DNA of 29,511 nt from NCBI GenBank assembly GCA_964645485.1, contig CAZXZO010000009.1, forward strand, positions 1-29,511. The letters are read 5' to 3'. Below, in pieces: positions 1 through 8,654 of this stretch. Below the pieces are notes generated by a model. The model saw nothing but the letters and a program-made list of their open reading frames with translations. It ran no database searches and had not been told where the DNA came from. Each line of letters starts with the position of its first letter. The stretch's first letter is position 1. The DNA comes from an uncultured Candidatus Poseidoniales archaeon. GTDB taxonomy: Archaea > Thermoplasmatota > Poseidoniia > Poseidoniales > Thalassarchaeaceae. Position numbers and translations under genes: made by a program.

Positions 1-1288
1 CTCTAACATGCCAAGCAACATCTATGTCCGGCCCAACCGCACTCTGGTATCTGACATTGAGTACAAACAGGTCGTGCTCCCCATTAGAATGGAACTCCCA
101 TTCTTCAATCGAGTCAGCAACCCCTGTCAAATTGTAGGTCTGGTTATCCCAAGTCTCCCCACCATCCCATGATACTTGATGAGTCAAAATCACTCCTTCT
201 TTAGTAACACAGTGAAGTGCAGCAGAGGAATCAAAGGCACAGTATTCGCTTGGCAAACTATTTGCCTCAGCAGTTTCAGCTCTCCACCAGTTAAGAGAAG
301 TGTCAAGCCATGCATCTCCTCCATCATCAAAGAAACTCGGGAAATAAAGCCCGCCCGAAGGAACGGGGAAAGCACGCATCTCCTTGTGTGGTTTGGTAAA
401 ATCCCAAGAGGCAGTCAAATTGTCAAATTTCAAATCAACAGTTTCAACATCAAGATTAGCATTCTTGTCTGGGAACTCGAAGTAGTAGTAGTTGAGCCCG
501 TCTACACTGATTTGGCCACCGCGATTTGATGATTGGTGCCAGAAATTGCTGATTACTAGACTTGCCCAGTCACCACTACCAATGTTACTAGAGATTGGAC
601 CCACTACCTCAACCTGCCAAGAACGGTCATAGAATGGTTCAGTAAAACGATTGTAACACCAACCCCATGATTCACTATCAGCATCCCAGAGGAAGGCGTA
701 GAACTGGTCGCCCCCACTGCTTGAAGGGTAAGGGAACCAACCCATTGAGATGATATCGCCAGTTGTGGTTTGCACAATACTACCTTCGCCAAGTCCTTCT
801 TGACCAGGTACAGTCGGTTTTGGTGTTCTGCAACCAATTTGTGTGAACACAGTTGGCTTCCAGTCTTGCCATGTGAGGCCTCTATCTTCTGACCATGTTG
901 GATATTCGCCACCGAAGTTGAGTAGCCAACCCCATTCGGTAGCGGCAAGATAGTGTTCACAACAATTGCCACCGTATGTCTTGTCAAAGACTCCCCAAGA
1001 AGCATTACCCCAGAGACTGCGGTTAATCCACTGCTCACCACTAGCATTCCATTCTCCAACACTGAGTGAAAGGTCTGGGCTTGCTACATCAAAATCTGCT
1101 GCTAAGTCAAGAGTTGTAGGGTCGTCAATGTAGGCGAATCCAGCCGACCAGTCGGGTGGTCCTGTTGAATCAATTGGGCTATCATCGCCACTTAAGCAAC
1201 CGGCGAAAAGTTGAGTCAGAATGATCAGTGTAATGAGAGCGCTACGGATAACTACCCGCGGCACGGATGCTCTTTGGAAGCCACTCAT
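1..1288 (-). CDS. Partial (3' end outside window) putative lipoprotein with BNR/Asp-box repeats, probably a sialidase-like beta-propeller
   Basis: Manual translation from ATG at 1288 is open to the window edge: MSGFQRASVPRVVIRSALITLIILTQLFAGCLSGDD... Hydrophobic leader ends in lipobox-like LFAGC. Asp-boxes SEDRGLTW (869-892) and SWDGGETW (149-172). Not in the ORF track because no stop codon lies in the window. Confidence 0.8.
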   Translation of the reverse strand, partial: MSGFQRASVPRVVIRSALITLIILTQLFAGCLSGDDSPIDSTGPPDWSAGFAYIDDPTTLDLAADFDVASPDLSLSVGEWNASGEQWINRSLWGNASWGVFDKTYGGNCCEHYLAATEWGWLLNFGGEYPTWSEDRGLTWQDWKPTVFTQIGCRTPKPTVPGQEGLGEGSIVQTTTGDIISMGWFPYPSSSGGDQFYAFLWDADSESWGWCYNRFTEPFYDRSWQVEVVGPISSNIGSGDWASLVISNFWHQSSNRGGQISVDGLNYYYFEFPDKNANLDVETVDLKFDNLTASWDFTKPHKEMRAFPVPSGGLYFPSFFDDGGDAWLDTSLNWWRAETAEANSLPSEYCAFDSSAALHCVTKEGVILTHQVSWDGGETWDNQTYNLTGVADSIEEWEFHSNGEHDLFVLNVRYQSAVGPDIDVAWHVR

Positions 1289-1330
1289 CAATTAATCCGA
1301 GCCGCCCCGCCTATTTGTGACTGACGCGCG

Positions 1331-1454
1331 AATGCCTTTAGGCATTAAATGGAAATTCAAGGCATCTTTCAATCAAAGTTGGAAAAATAATAAGGCGGGC
1401 CCGCTTTTTTGGAAAGCGGGCCACAAGTTGATATACCCTCGCTATATGTACAAC
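1331..1454. promoter_or_regulatory. Divergent promoter region containing several palindromes (candidate RHH operator sites)
   Basis: AATGCCT-TT-AGGCATT (1331-1346); GCGGGCCCGC (1395-1404); GGCCCGCTTT/AAAGCGGGCC (1398-1407/1413-1422); imperfect GTTGATATA...TATATGTACAAC (1427-1454) just upstream of ATG 1456. Confidence 0.45.
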
Positions 1455-1455
1455 T

Positions 1456-1680
1456 ATGGCGAAGAGTGTGACGAAGAAGGTGAGGATGGATTCTGAAATG
1501 CAAGCAGCCCTCGCTGAATTGGCGGCAGAAGAAGGCGTCAGCGAGGGCGAAATCATGCGTGACGCATTGCGTAAATTAATTCGATTATACAAGCGTAAGA
1601 AGAATATGCACCTGTTAATTGAACAAGCAATCGCGGTACCAGGTGATGACGTAACAATGAATTGGGGTTTGAAGAAATGA
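1456..1680 (+). CDS. Ribbon-helix-helix (CopG-like) protein, probable VapB-type antitoxin
   Basis: N-terminal beta-strand VTKKVRMD, then helices AALAELAAEEGVS-EGEIMRDAL (RHH pattern). Stop overlaps the downstream PIN gene start (ATGA, 1677-1680). Confidence 0.8.
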   Translation: MAKSVTKKVRMDSEMQAALAELAAEEGVSEGEIMRDALRKLIRLYKRKKNMHLLIEQAIAVPGDDVTMNWGLKK

Positions 1681-2045
1681 GAATTATACTAGATACAGGC
1701 GTACTATGGCGACCTGATGCAATTGAATTGGCTACAGGAAATTCACAAGATGTAATTTTACCAATTGTCGCTTTCATCGAACGCGCAAGGCAATACGTAT
1801 CTAGAGGTTGGACAGTCAACGACCTTAGGATCACATTAGATGCCAATGATATAGAGATTGAGTCGCTGACTGAAATTGAAGCATTAAGGTACTCTACATC
1901 TATTGGTGATGATAGATGGGAGGCGCTTTCTCGTGATTCAATGATTGCCGGCCATATTAAGGAAACAGACGAGGTTTGGACGACAAATCCAAAAGATTTC
2001 TTGGAATTAGGTGTGCCTCCACACCAAGTTGTGGCAGTCCCTTGA
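1677..2045 (+). CDS. PIN-domain ribonuclease, probable VapC-type toxin
   Basis: IILDTG, IER, RDSMIA and WTTNPKDF supply the PIN acidic residues; ~122 aa; translationally coupled to the RHH gene. Confidence 0.8.
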   Translation: MRIILDTGVLWRPDAIELATGNSQDVILPIVAFIERARQYVSRGWTVNDLRITLDANDIEIESLTEIEALRYSTSIGDDRWEALSRDSMIAGHIKETDEVWTTNPKDFLELGVPPHQVVAVP

Positions 2046-2101
2046 ATTGTGATGAATTTTGTAAGAGCGATTATGAAGTGGCGAGTACGGTGGTATTGAC
2101 A

Positions 2102-4561
2102 ATGAGAGGCCGACTGCTACCACTATTGCTCACAGGATTGATGCTAGCAGGGATGACACCCCTATCACCATCTAGTGTTGCCCACGTATCTGAGGATGCA
2201 GCACATGACCACATCATCATCACCGAAGTTTTAGTCAGTCCAAGCGGTGAAGATTACAACGGAACCGATTGGAATGGGGATGGTAGGTTCGGTTCATCTT
2301 CTGACCAATTCATTGAGTTGTGGAATCCAACTGATGAAACAGTAAACATCGGCGGGTGGTGGCTTGATGACGACCCTAATGGTGGCTCACCACCCTGCGC
2401 AATCGGCTGGAACACTAACCTCACACCTGATGAAAGAATTGTGTTTTACAGAGAAAAAACAGGTATTGAATTCAGCTACTTTGATGGCGATACAATTCAA
2501 CTTACAAATCAATATGATGTAGTGATGGACAGTTATTCATTCGCTGAACTTGATTCAGATTACGATGTTTCGTATGGCAGATTTTCTGATGGCACTTGGG
2601 GCAAGGTAGGTAGCCCAACTCCTGGCTTAGCCAACGACCAAGAATGGCCTCAAGGAACTCACCGACAAGGCTCATGTTACACTCCGCGCGATCACATGCA
2701 CGAAGGCGCGTATGTTTTGACTGGGAGAGTAGTTACTATGACCTCTGAACAAGGTGTGCTAAACGATGGACATATCTACATTGTTGATGGGACAATTGTC
2801 GAGGTTTGGAGTGGCCCTACACCCTCTCATCTCAATCTTGAAGGTGTGCCGGTTTACGAAACCGAAGGCACGATTTTCCCCGGTCTAATTGACATGCACA
2901 ATCACTACCACTACAACTACCTACCACTATGGGATTACACCCCTGAAAACGGGCAATTTTACACAAATAGATACCAATGGAAGGATAATCAAAATTACAA
3001 GCCAGAAGTATCTTGGCCGAAAGTTTTCATGTTGCAAGGAGACCGCTGGGGTCTTCAAGATGAAGCGGTCAAATATGCTGAAGTGAAGTCTATTGTTGGT
3101 GGTACAACTGCCATCCAAGGTGGCCCATCAAGTTCAGATGATTCTTGGGACACCATCTTAGCGAGAAATATTGAGCACTACAATTTTGGTGAAGACAATA
3201 TGAAAACTTGTGCCGTATGTGATGCCGCATACGACCCTGATTACGATGGTTCACATCTGATAGAAGACCATGAAGATGGTTCACTAGATGGATGGTTTGT
3301 CCACGTTTCAGAAGGCGTAGACGGCTCATCATTGAATGAATTTAAAATTCTCAAAGCCCAAGGATTATTGTTTAGAGAAACCATCCTAATTCATGGCGTT
3401 CCACTTCGTGAAAGTGAATTTGCCGATATGGCGGCAGTAGATGCTACTCTAGTCTGGTCGCCGACATCTAACTTGCTGCTTTATGGGGATACAGCGCGTC
3501 CAAACTTAGCAAAAGATGCTGGAGTGCGAATTACATTAGCGCCTGACTGGGGGCCGTCAGGAGCAAAGAACCCTCTTCATGAATTGAAGGTGGCTGATTG
3601 GTGGAATCAGAATAAAATGAGTGGGACTTTCACCGATTACGAACTTGTGCAAATGGTGACAAGTAACGCTGCAGATGCTATGAAGTGGGACAATTATGTT
3701 GGTAGAATCAAAAATGGATTGGAAGCAGATTTCCTAGTTGTTGATAATATTGCAGAAGACCCATATCGAACATTGATAGAAGCGATTGACCCTGATGTCA
3801 GATTAGTAACTGTTGGCGGGCTTCCAGTCTTTGGAGATGTAGACATGATGCAAAGTCTCAATGGCCAAGACTACGAAGTAGTAAATGGAGATGGATTCCA
3901 AAAAGCCGTTGACATCACCTATGACAGTACAGAAGATGGGGCGCGTACCTTCTCTTCACTTGAAGAAACTCTTGCAAAAGCAATGAAGTATGACAGGCAA
4001 GAAATGTTTGACGAGTGGGGCCAAAACACCCGTTCATGGGAGGAATTTAACTCATGGCTCGACCAGTCTTATTCAACATTAGATGCAATAACTCTTGACC
4101 CAATTTTTACCTACGGTGATGACCGTTACTTCGATGTGCTAAACCGCTCTACTCCCTTCAATAGCAAAGGTACAATTGACCTTTATACACGATACTACGA
4201 TGTTGAATTTGATGCCAATGGCAATCGCAGTGAGACATTTATTCCGCCGGATACAGACCCAGTTATCCCAGACCCACCAGTCGATAACACAGGTAACGAT
4301 ACAAGCACAGCTCAATGTGCTGAAGGTGACTCAAAACTCGCAGACGATGGTTGTAACAACTGTGTTTGTGTAGATGAAAAGTGGGCCTGCACTGAGTTGG
4401 CTTGTGTTCAAGATGAATCCGAATTCTCAGACTCAGAAAGTAATCTCTTTGCGTCACTCCTTGACCCATCTTCACCTCTTTATTGGATAATGATGTTCGT
4501 TGCATTGTCGGTTATCCTAGGTTCAGGTGCTTCACTTTGGATGCTGGTTAGAAAACGCTGA
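2102..4561 (+). CDS. Secreted, C-terminally anchored amidohydrolase (MTA/SAH deaminase-like metal-dependent hydrolase) with N-terminal lamin-tail domain and pacifastin-like Cys domain
   Basis: Signal peptide MRGRLLPLLLTGLMLAG (start ATG 2102 preferred over 1976). LTD motifs ITEV, FIELWNP, IGGWWLDD, PTPG.N. Metal ligands DMHNH, HVSEG, IHG, APDW. Six-Cys domain at 4316-4405. C-terminal TM helix followed by RKR. Confidence 0.8.
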   Translation: MRGRLLPLLLTGLMLAGMTPLSPSSVAHVSEDAAHDHIIITEVLVSPSGEDYNGTDWNGDGRFGSSSDQFIELWNPTDETVNIGGWWLDDDPNGGSPPCAIGWNTNLTPDERIVFYREKTGIEFSYFDGDTIQLTNQYDVVMDSYSFAELDSDYDVSYGRFSDGTWGKVGSPTPGLANDQEWPQGTHRQGSCYTPRDHMHEGAYVLTGRVVTMTSEQGVLNDGHIYIVDGTIVEVWSGPTPSHLNLEGVPVYETEGTIFPGLIDMHNHYHYNYLPLWDYTPENGQFYTNRYQWKDNQNYKPEVSWPKVFMLQGDRWGLQDEAVKYAEVKSIVGGTTAIQGGPSSSDDSWDTILARNIEHYNFGEDNMKTCAVCDAAYDPDYDGSHLIEDHEDGSLDGWFVHVSEGVDGSSLNEFKILKAQGLLFRETILIHGVPLRESEFADMAAVDATLVWSPTSNLLLYGDTARPNLAKDAGVRITLAPDWGPSGAKNPLHELKVADWWNQNKMSGTFTDYELVQMVTSNAADAMKWDNYVGRIKNGLEADFLVVDNIAEDPYRTLIEAIDPDVRLVTVGGLPVFGDVDMMQSLNGQDYEVVNGDGFQKAVDITYDSTEDGARTFSSLEETLAKAMKYDRQEMFDEWGQNTRSWEEFNSWLDQSYSTLDAITLDPIFTYGDDRYFDVLNRSTPFNSKGTIDLYTRYYDVEFDANGNRSETFIPPDTDPVIPDPPVDNTGNDTSTAQCAEGDSKLADDGCNNCVCVDEKWACTELACVQDESEFSDSESNLFASLLDPSSPLYWIMMFVALSVILGSGASLWMLVRKR

Positions 4562-4587
4562 AAGGATAGAATGGACTCGGTAATGAT

Positions 4588-5049
4588 ATGGCTAGTATTC
4601 AAGCCGACTCAGTAGAAGAATATCTCTCGAAATTACCTGAGAACCGAAAGGACTCCTTCTTGGAGGTTCGAAAGATGATAAATGACAATCTTTCAGATGG
4701 CTTCGTTGAATCAGTAAATTGGGGAATGTTATCTTATGAGATACCCTTGGAGGTTTACCCAGAGACCTACAATGGAGAACCCCTAATGTTCTGTGCCCTT
4801 GCGGCTCAAAAGCGTCATCTTTCTTTGTACATGATGTCAGTATATCAAAATCCTGAACAGCGTGAAATATTGCTGAATGCATTTGATGAATTGGGTGTTA
4901 AACCAAATATGGGTAAATCTTGTTTGCGTTTTACAAATGTCAAAAAAATACCTCTGCAGATTCTTGGTGAGTTAATTTCTGATTGTACGATGGAAGAATT
5001 CATCAAATCTTATGAAAAGGGCCGTTCCTCAGACGGATCTACTTGCTGA
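4588..5049 (+). CDS. DUF1801 (YdhG-like) domain protein
   Basis: SVEEYLSKLP.R, WGMLSY, ALAAQKRHLSLY and MGKSCLRF match the family pattern. Confidence 0.75.
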   Translation: MASIQADSVEEYLSKLPENRKDSFLEVRKMINDNLSDGFVESVNWGMLSYEIPLEVYPETYNGEPLMFCALAAQKRHLSLYMMSVYQNPEQREILLNAFDELGVKPNMGKSCLRFTNVKKIPLQILGELISDCTMEEFIKSYEKGRSSDGSTC

Positions 5050-5070
5050 AACACCACAATAGATTGCGGC

Positions 5071-6567
5071 TCAATCAATTATTTCCCAAACCGGGCCATG
5101 TCCTGTGTCCTGAACAGTGACTCCAAGGGCCGCTAATTCATCACGGATTGCATCAGCGGCAGTCCAATCTTTTGCTTCCCTAGCCGCTGCCCGCTTGATG
5201 AGTAACTCTCCAACAATTGGTGCCAATTCAGTCCTTCTAGGGTCATCAGGTGGCCCCATCAGAGCCTCCTCACGATTGGGTAGAAGTCCAAGTGCATTGC
5301 CGGCAAATTCCTCTAACCATTCAACGGCATAATATCCGAATGCAACTCTGTCATCATCTTGCAAACCGGATTGCAGAGTACGTGAAATCTCACGAATGGC
5401 AGCGTTAATCTTTGCAAGTGCCTCACGGGTGTTGAAATCATCGTCCATCGCGATAGCACATTCTTCACCCAACTTTTCGAGCATCCCCAATGTGTGAGCC
5501 AATCCCTCACCCCCAAGTTCTGGCCTTGGTAATTTGACAATTTGGTTATGTTTGACCTCATCCCAAACTGTAAGTGCATCGTGATAAGCACCCTCCAATC
5601 TCGTTTGACTACGTTTCCCATCTTCGAGTAGTTGTTCTGAGAAATCAATTGGATTACGGTAATGTGCGTTCAGAAGTGCATGACGCAACACCAGCGGCTG
5701 GAAGTTTTGTAAGGCATCTGTAATCGTCCAGAAATTACCTAATGATTTCGACATTTTTTCACCATCTACGTTGACAAATCCGTTGTGCATCCAGTGATGA
5801 ACTAGTGGTGAAGTCCCAGTACAACATTCTGATTGGAAGATTTCCGCTTCGTGGTGTGGGAATTGCAAATCTTCTCCACCTCCATGAATATCAAATTGCT
5901 CACCAAAGTACTGCAAACTCATGGCGCTGCATTCAATGTGCCACCCAGGCCTACCCGCTCCCCATGGACTCTCCCATTGCGGTTCACCGGGCTTAGCAAT
6001 TTTCCATAATGCGAAATCCTTGTGGTCACGTTTTCCACTTCCAGTGCCTCCAACTCTTCCCCCAGCACCAGCCCGAACAGCCTCGATTTTTTGTCCAGTC
6101 AAAAGACCATATTTTTCTGGTGCCGATTCAACATGGAAGTAAACTCCGTCATCTCCGATGTAAGCATGTTCTTTTTCGATTAGGATTTCAATCATTGAAA
6201 TTATTCCATCAATGGTTTCAGTAACTCTTGGATAATGGTCAGCACGCAAAACATTCAGAGCATCCATTGCAGAAAAATAATCTTCGATATTTCGCTCTGC
6301 TACCTCTGTAAAGTCAAGTCCTTCTTCGTTTGCGATATTGATTATTTTATCATCAACATCAGTGAAGTTCTGAACATAGGTGACGTCGTATCCTTTCGCT
6401 TCTAGCCAGCGATGAACAACATCGAATGAAACATAACAACGCGCGTGGCCAAGATGGGATGGTGAATATGGCGTGATTCCACAGACATACATACGAACCT
6501 TACCAGGCTCAATAGTCGTGAAATCGACTTTCTTGCGCCGGCTTGTATCATGTACTCTAAGTGCCAT
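5071..6567 (-). CDS. cysS: Cysteinyl-tRNA synthetase (class I)
   Basis: MYVCGIT, HLGH (HIGH variant), QNFTDVDDKII, DFALWK, GRPGWHIECSAMS, FPHHE, KMSKSLGN. Start ATG 6567 (MALRVHDT). Confidence 0.97.
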   Translation of the reverse strand: MALRVHDTSRRKKVDFTTIEPGKVRMYVCGITPYSPSHLGHARCYVSFDVVHRWLEAKGYDVTYVQNFTDVDDKIINIANEEGLDFTEVAERNIEDYFSAMDALNVLRADHYPRVTETIDGIISMIEILIEKEHAYIGDDGVYFHVESAPEKYGLLTGQKIEAVRAGAGGRVGGTGSGKRDHKDFALWKIAKPGEPQWESPWGAGRPGWHIECSAMSLQYFGEQFDIHGGGEDLQFPHHEAEIFQSECCTGTSPLVHHWMHNGFVNVDGEKMSKSLGNFWTITDALQNFQPLVLRHALLNAHYRNPIDFSEQLLEDGKRSQTRLEGAYHDALTVWDEVKHNQIVKLPRPELGGEGLAHTLGMLEKLGEECAIAMDDDFNTREALAKINAAIREISRTLQSGLQDDDRVAFGYYAVEWLEEFAGNALGLLPNREEALMGPPDDPRRTELAPIVGELLIKRAAAREAKDWTAADAIRDELAALGVTVQDTGHGPVWEIID

Positions 6568-6669
6568 CCTACCATTCTCAGCGGGTCGCTCACAACACAT
6601 GGTTTTAACCCCCTACGGCGAGCCATGTCTATGGTTACGGGGTCCAATAGGGGTTCTAGCGCTGTCAAC

Positions 6670-7524
6670 ATGCAAGGAAAAGTGGTGCTGATTACTGGTG
6701 CGACTAGGGGTATCGGTCGAAAAGTGGTGCATGGATTAGCACCATTCGGTGCAACGATGATTGTAGTTGGCAGAGACCAATCAAGAATTGATGAAGTAAT
6801 TTCAGAGGCTAAGGCAATTGATGGGTGCGGTCCGATTTCGGGAGAACTCTGTAATCTGTTGGAGCAGGATGAAATCCGCGACCTCGCAAATCGGGTGAAG
6901 AGCCAGCACCCGCAACTTGACGTGTTAGTCAATAATGCTGGAGCGATTTTCACCAAGAAAATCAAGACATCAGCAGGCTTTGAGCGCACGTGGGCACTCA
7001 ATCACAATGCGTACTTTTTGCTCACCAGTCTTCTCAAGGAGCAACTCCTTTCTTCTCCCGCAGCGCGGATCATTTCTACAGCCAGTGAAGCCCACAGGCC
7101 CGGCAAAATGAGGTGGGAGGATTTACAATATGACAATAGAAGAACCATAGGAGGTTGGTCTACTTACTGTCAATCAAAGTTGGCGAATATTCTTTTCACG
7201 AGAGAATTAGCACGCAAGTTGGAAGGAACCGATGTCACGGCAAATTGCATTCATCCAGGATTTGTAAACACAGGATTTTCTAGAAATAATGGTATCATTG
7301 GTCGATTGTTGATGCTCTTGACTTGGCCGGTTCAACGCCGTGATACCAAGGGTGCTGAAACTATCGTTTGGTTGGCCGCATCTGATGCTGCTCGCAAGCA
7401 TAACGGAGATTATCTTTACAATCACAGACTTGGTAAATTATCAAAGGCTGCAAAAAGTAATGAAGATGCTGCTAAACTTTGGCGGCTATCTGAGCAAATG
7501 ACCAACACCACTGATTTGTGGTGA
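6670..7524 (+). CDS. Short-chain dehydrogenase/reductase, retinol dehydrogenase/WWOX-like subfamily
   Basis: TGATRGIG, NNAG, YCQSKLAN (YxxxK), HPGFV. The start could also be 6625 or 6631. Confidence 0.9.
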   Translation: MQGKVVLITGATRGIGRKVVHGLAPFGATMIVVGRDQSRIDEVISEAKAIDGCGPISGELCNLLEQDEIRDLANRVKSQHPQLDVLVNNAGAIFTKKIKTSAGFERTWALNHNAYFLLTSLLKEQLLSSPAARIISTASEAHRPGKMRWEDLQYDNRRTIGGWSTYCQSKLANILFTRELARKLEGTDVTANCIHPGFVNTGFSRNNGIIGRLLMLLTWPVQRRDTKGAETIVWLAASDAARKHNGDYLYNHRLGKLSKAAKSNEDAAKLWRLSEQMTNTTDLW

Positions 7525-7537
7525 GAGAAGTTCAGTT

Positions 7538-7942
7538 CTATTCTTCATTAGCTTCGCGTTGTTTTCGAAACCAAATAAATGATTGAACACAGAGATATGT
7601 GTAGATACTTCCCAGAACTAAGAGTAGGGTATGTGAACCGATGAGCAGATTACTACTCTCATCATTCATGAGAACCATAGGTAATCGCAATCCACCAAGA
7701 GCACAAAGTAGGCCAAACATGGCAGAGATGTGCATGAATGTCTTGCGCTTTTCTGGCTTTAAATTTGATAACAGACCCATAATTGCTATTGGTCCACCAA
7801 CAAACATTGGAATCATTGCTGTCATACTTGCCATGTCGCTGATGACATAGGCGGCCAACCCCCACAGGGAGAAAACTAACCCAACAGCAATCGAAATTTC
7901 TGGCATGCTTTTACCGGCAAAGGTGTATGATTCTTCGGACAT
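7538..7942 (-). CDS. Small integral membrane protein (~4 TM), weakly TMEM14-like
   Basis: Four hydrophobic segments; SMTAMIP and MHISAMFGLL motifs. The family call is tentative. Confidence 0.6.
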   Translation of the reverse strand: MSEESYTFAGKSMPEISIAVGLVFSLWGLAAYVISDMASMTAMIPMFVGGPIAIMGLLSNLKPEKRKTFMHISAMFGLLCALGGLRLPMVLMNDESSNLLIGSHTLLLVLGSIYTYLCVQSFIWFRKQREANEE

Positions 7943-8058
7943 GACACCGGGTAGTGGCAATTAGTTTTGAAGGCGATGGTTGTAAGTTGCAATCCTTGTT
8001 GAATTAATGCTGATTATAATTTGTGAAAGCAAAGGTGTCTTCTAAACTAGTAATCATC

Positions 8059-8577
8059 TCAGTAAAGCGAAGCATGCTTCGCTCTAGCCTTAGCAACTTT
8101 GGGGCCTACAACCGCGACACAATACGGATTATTCGGGTTATTAGCGAAGTAATCATGGTGATAATCTTCAGCAATGTAAAGGCGCTCTAGTGGTGAGATT
8201 TCAGTGACAATTTCATCATCAAAATTTGCTTGACATTGTTCAATTACCTGTTCAGTAGTGATTCGCTGTTGCTCATCCTGATAAAAAATGACACTTCGAT
8301 ACTGCGTACCAATATCGGCGCCCTGACGGTTCAGTTGGGTTGGGTCGTGTAGTGTGAAAAACACCTCGAGAAGGGTTTTGAGGGGGATAACCTGTTCGTC
8401 AAATGTAACTCTCACAACCTCAGCATGGCCGGTATTTCCAGAGCACACTTGTTTGTAAGTTGGGTCTTTGGTTTCACCACCTGAGTAACCTGGGATGACC
8501 TCAGAAACTCCACGTAAATTCTTCAATCCACCTTCTACACACCAAAAGCAACCACCACCCGCTACTAGTTGTGCCAT
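8059..8577 (-). CDS. msrA: Peptide methionine sulfoxide reductase A
   Basis: GCFWC active site, GYSGG, GHAEVV, HDPTQLNRQG.DIGTQYRS, AEDYHHDY. Confidence 0.97.
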   Translation of the reverse strand: MAQLVAGGGCFWCVEGGLKNLRGVSEVIPGYSGGETKDPTYKQVCSGNTGHAEVVRVTFDEQVIPLKTLLEVFFTLHDPTQLNRQGADIGTQYRSVIFYQDEQQRITTEQVIEQCQANFDDEIVTEISPLERLYIAEDYHHDYFANNPNNPYCVAVVGPKVAKARAKHASLY

Positions 8578-8654
8578 GAGGCTGGTTAGGGGAATTATGC
8601 TTTCAACTCATGCATTGGAGTTGTTATCTTAAAAGATGGGTGCAATTGTCAATT

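Noticed and set aside
176-1062. Short ORFs 176-529, 190-375 and 604-1062
   Set aside because: They overlap the long open minus-strand lipoprotein frame (1288 to edge), which has motifs and a signal peptide.
1976-2101. N-terminal extension of the amidohydrolase ORF
   Set aside because: It overlaps the PIN gene and precedes a clear signal peptide starting at ATG 2102.
1289-2101. Mobile element carrying the TA module
   Set aside because: No transposase, integrase, terminal inverted repeats or target-site duplication could be identified.
6607-6655. Possible RNA hairpin or T-box-like leader upstream of cysS
   Set aside because: Only short CCCCTA/TAGGGG arms, no T-box motifs, and T-boxes are not expected in archaea.
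6402-7001. 199-aa minus-strand ORF
   Set aside because: Antisense shadow of the SDR gene overlapping cysS in another frame; no recognisable motifs.
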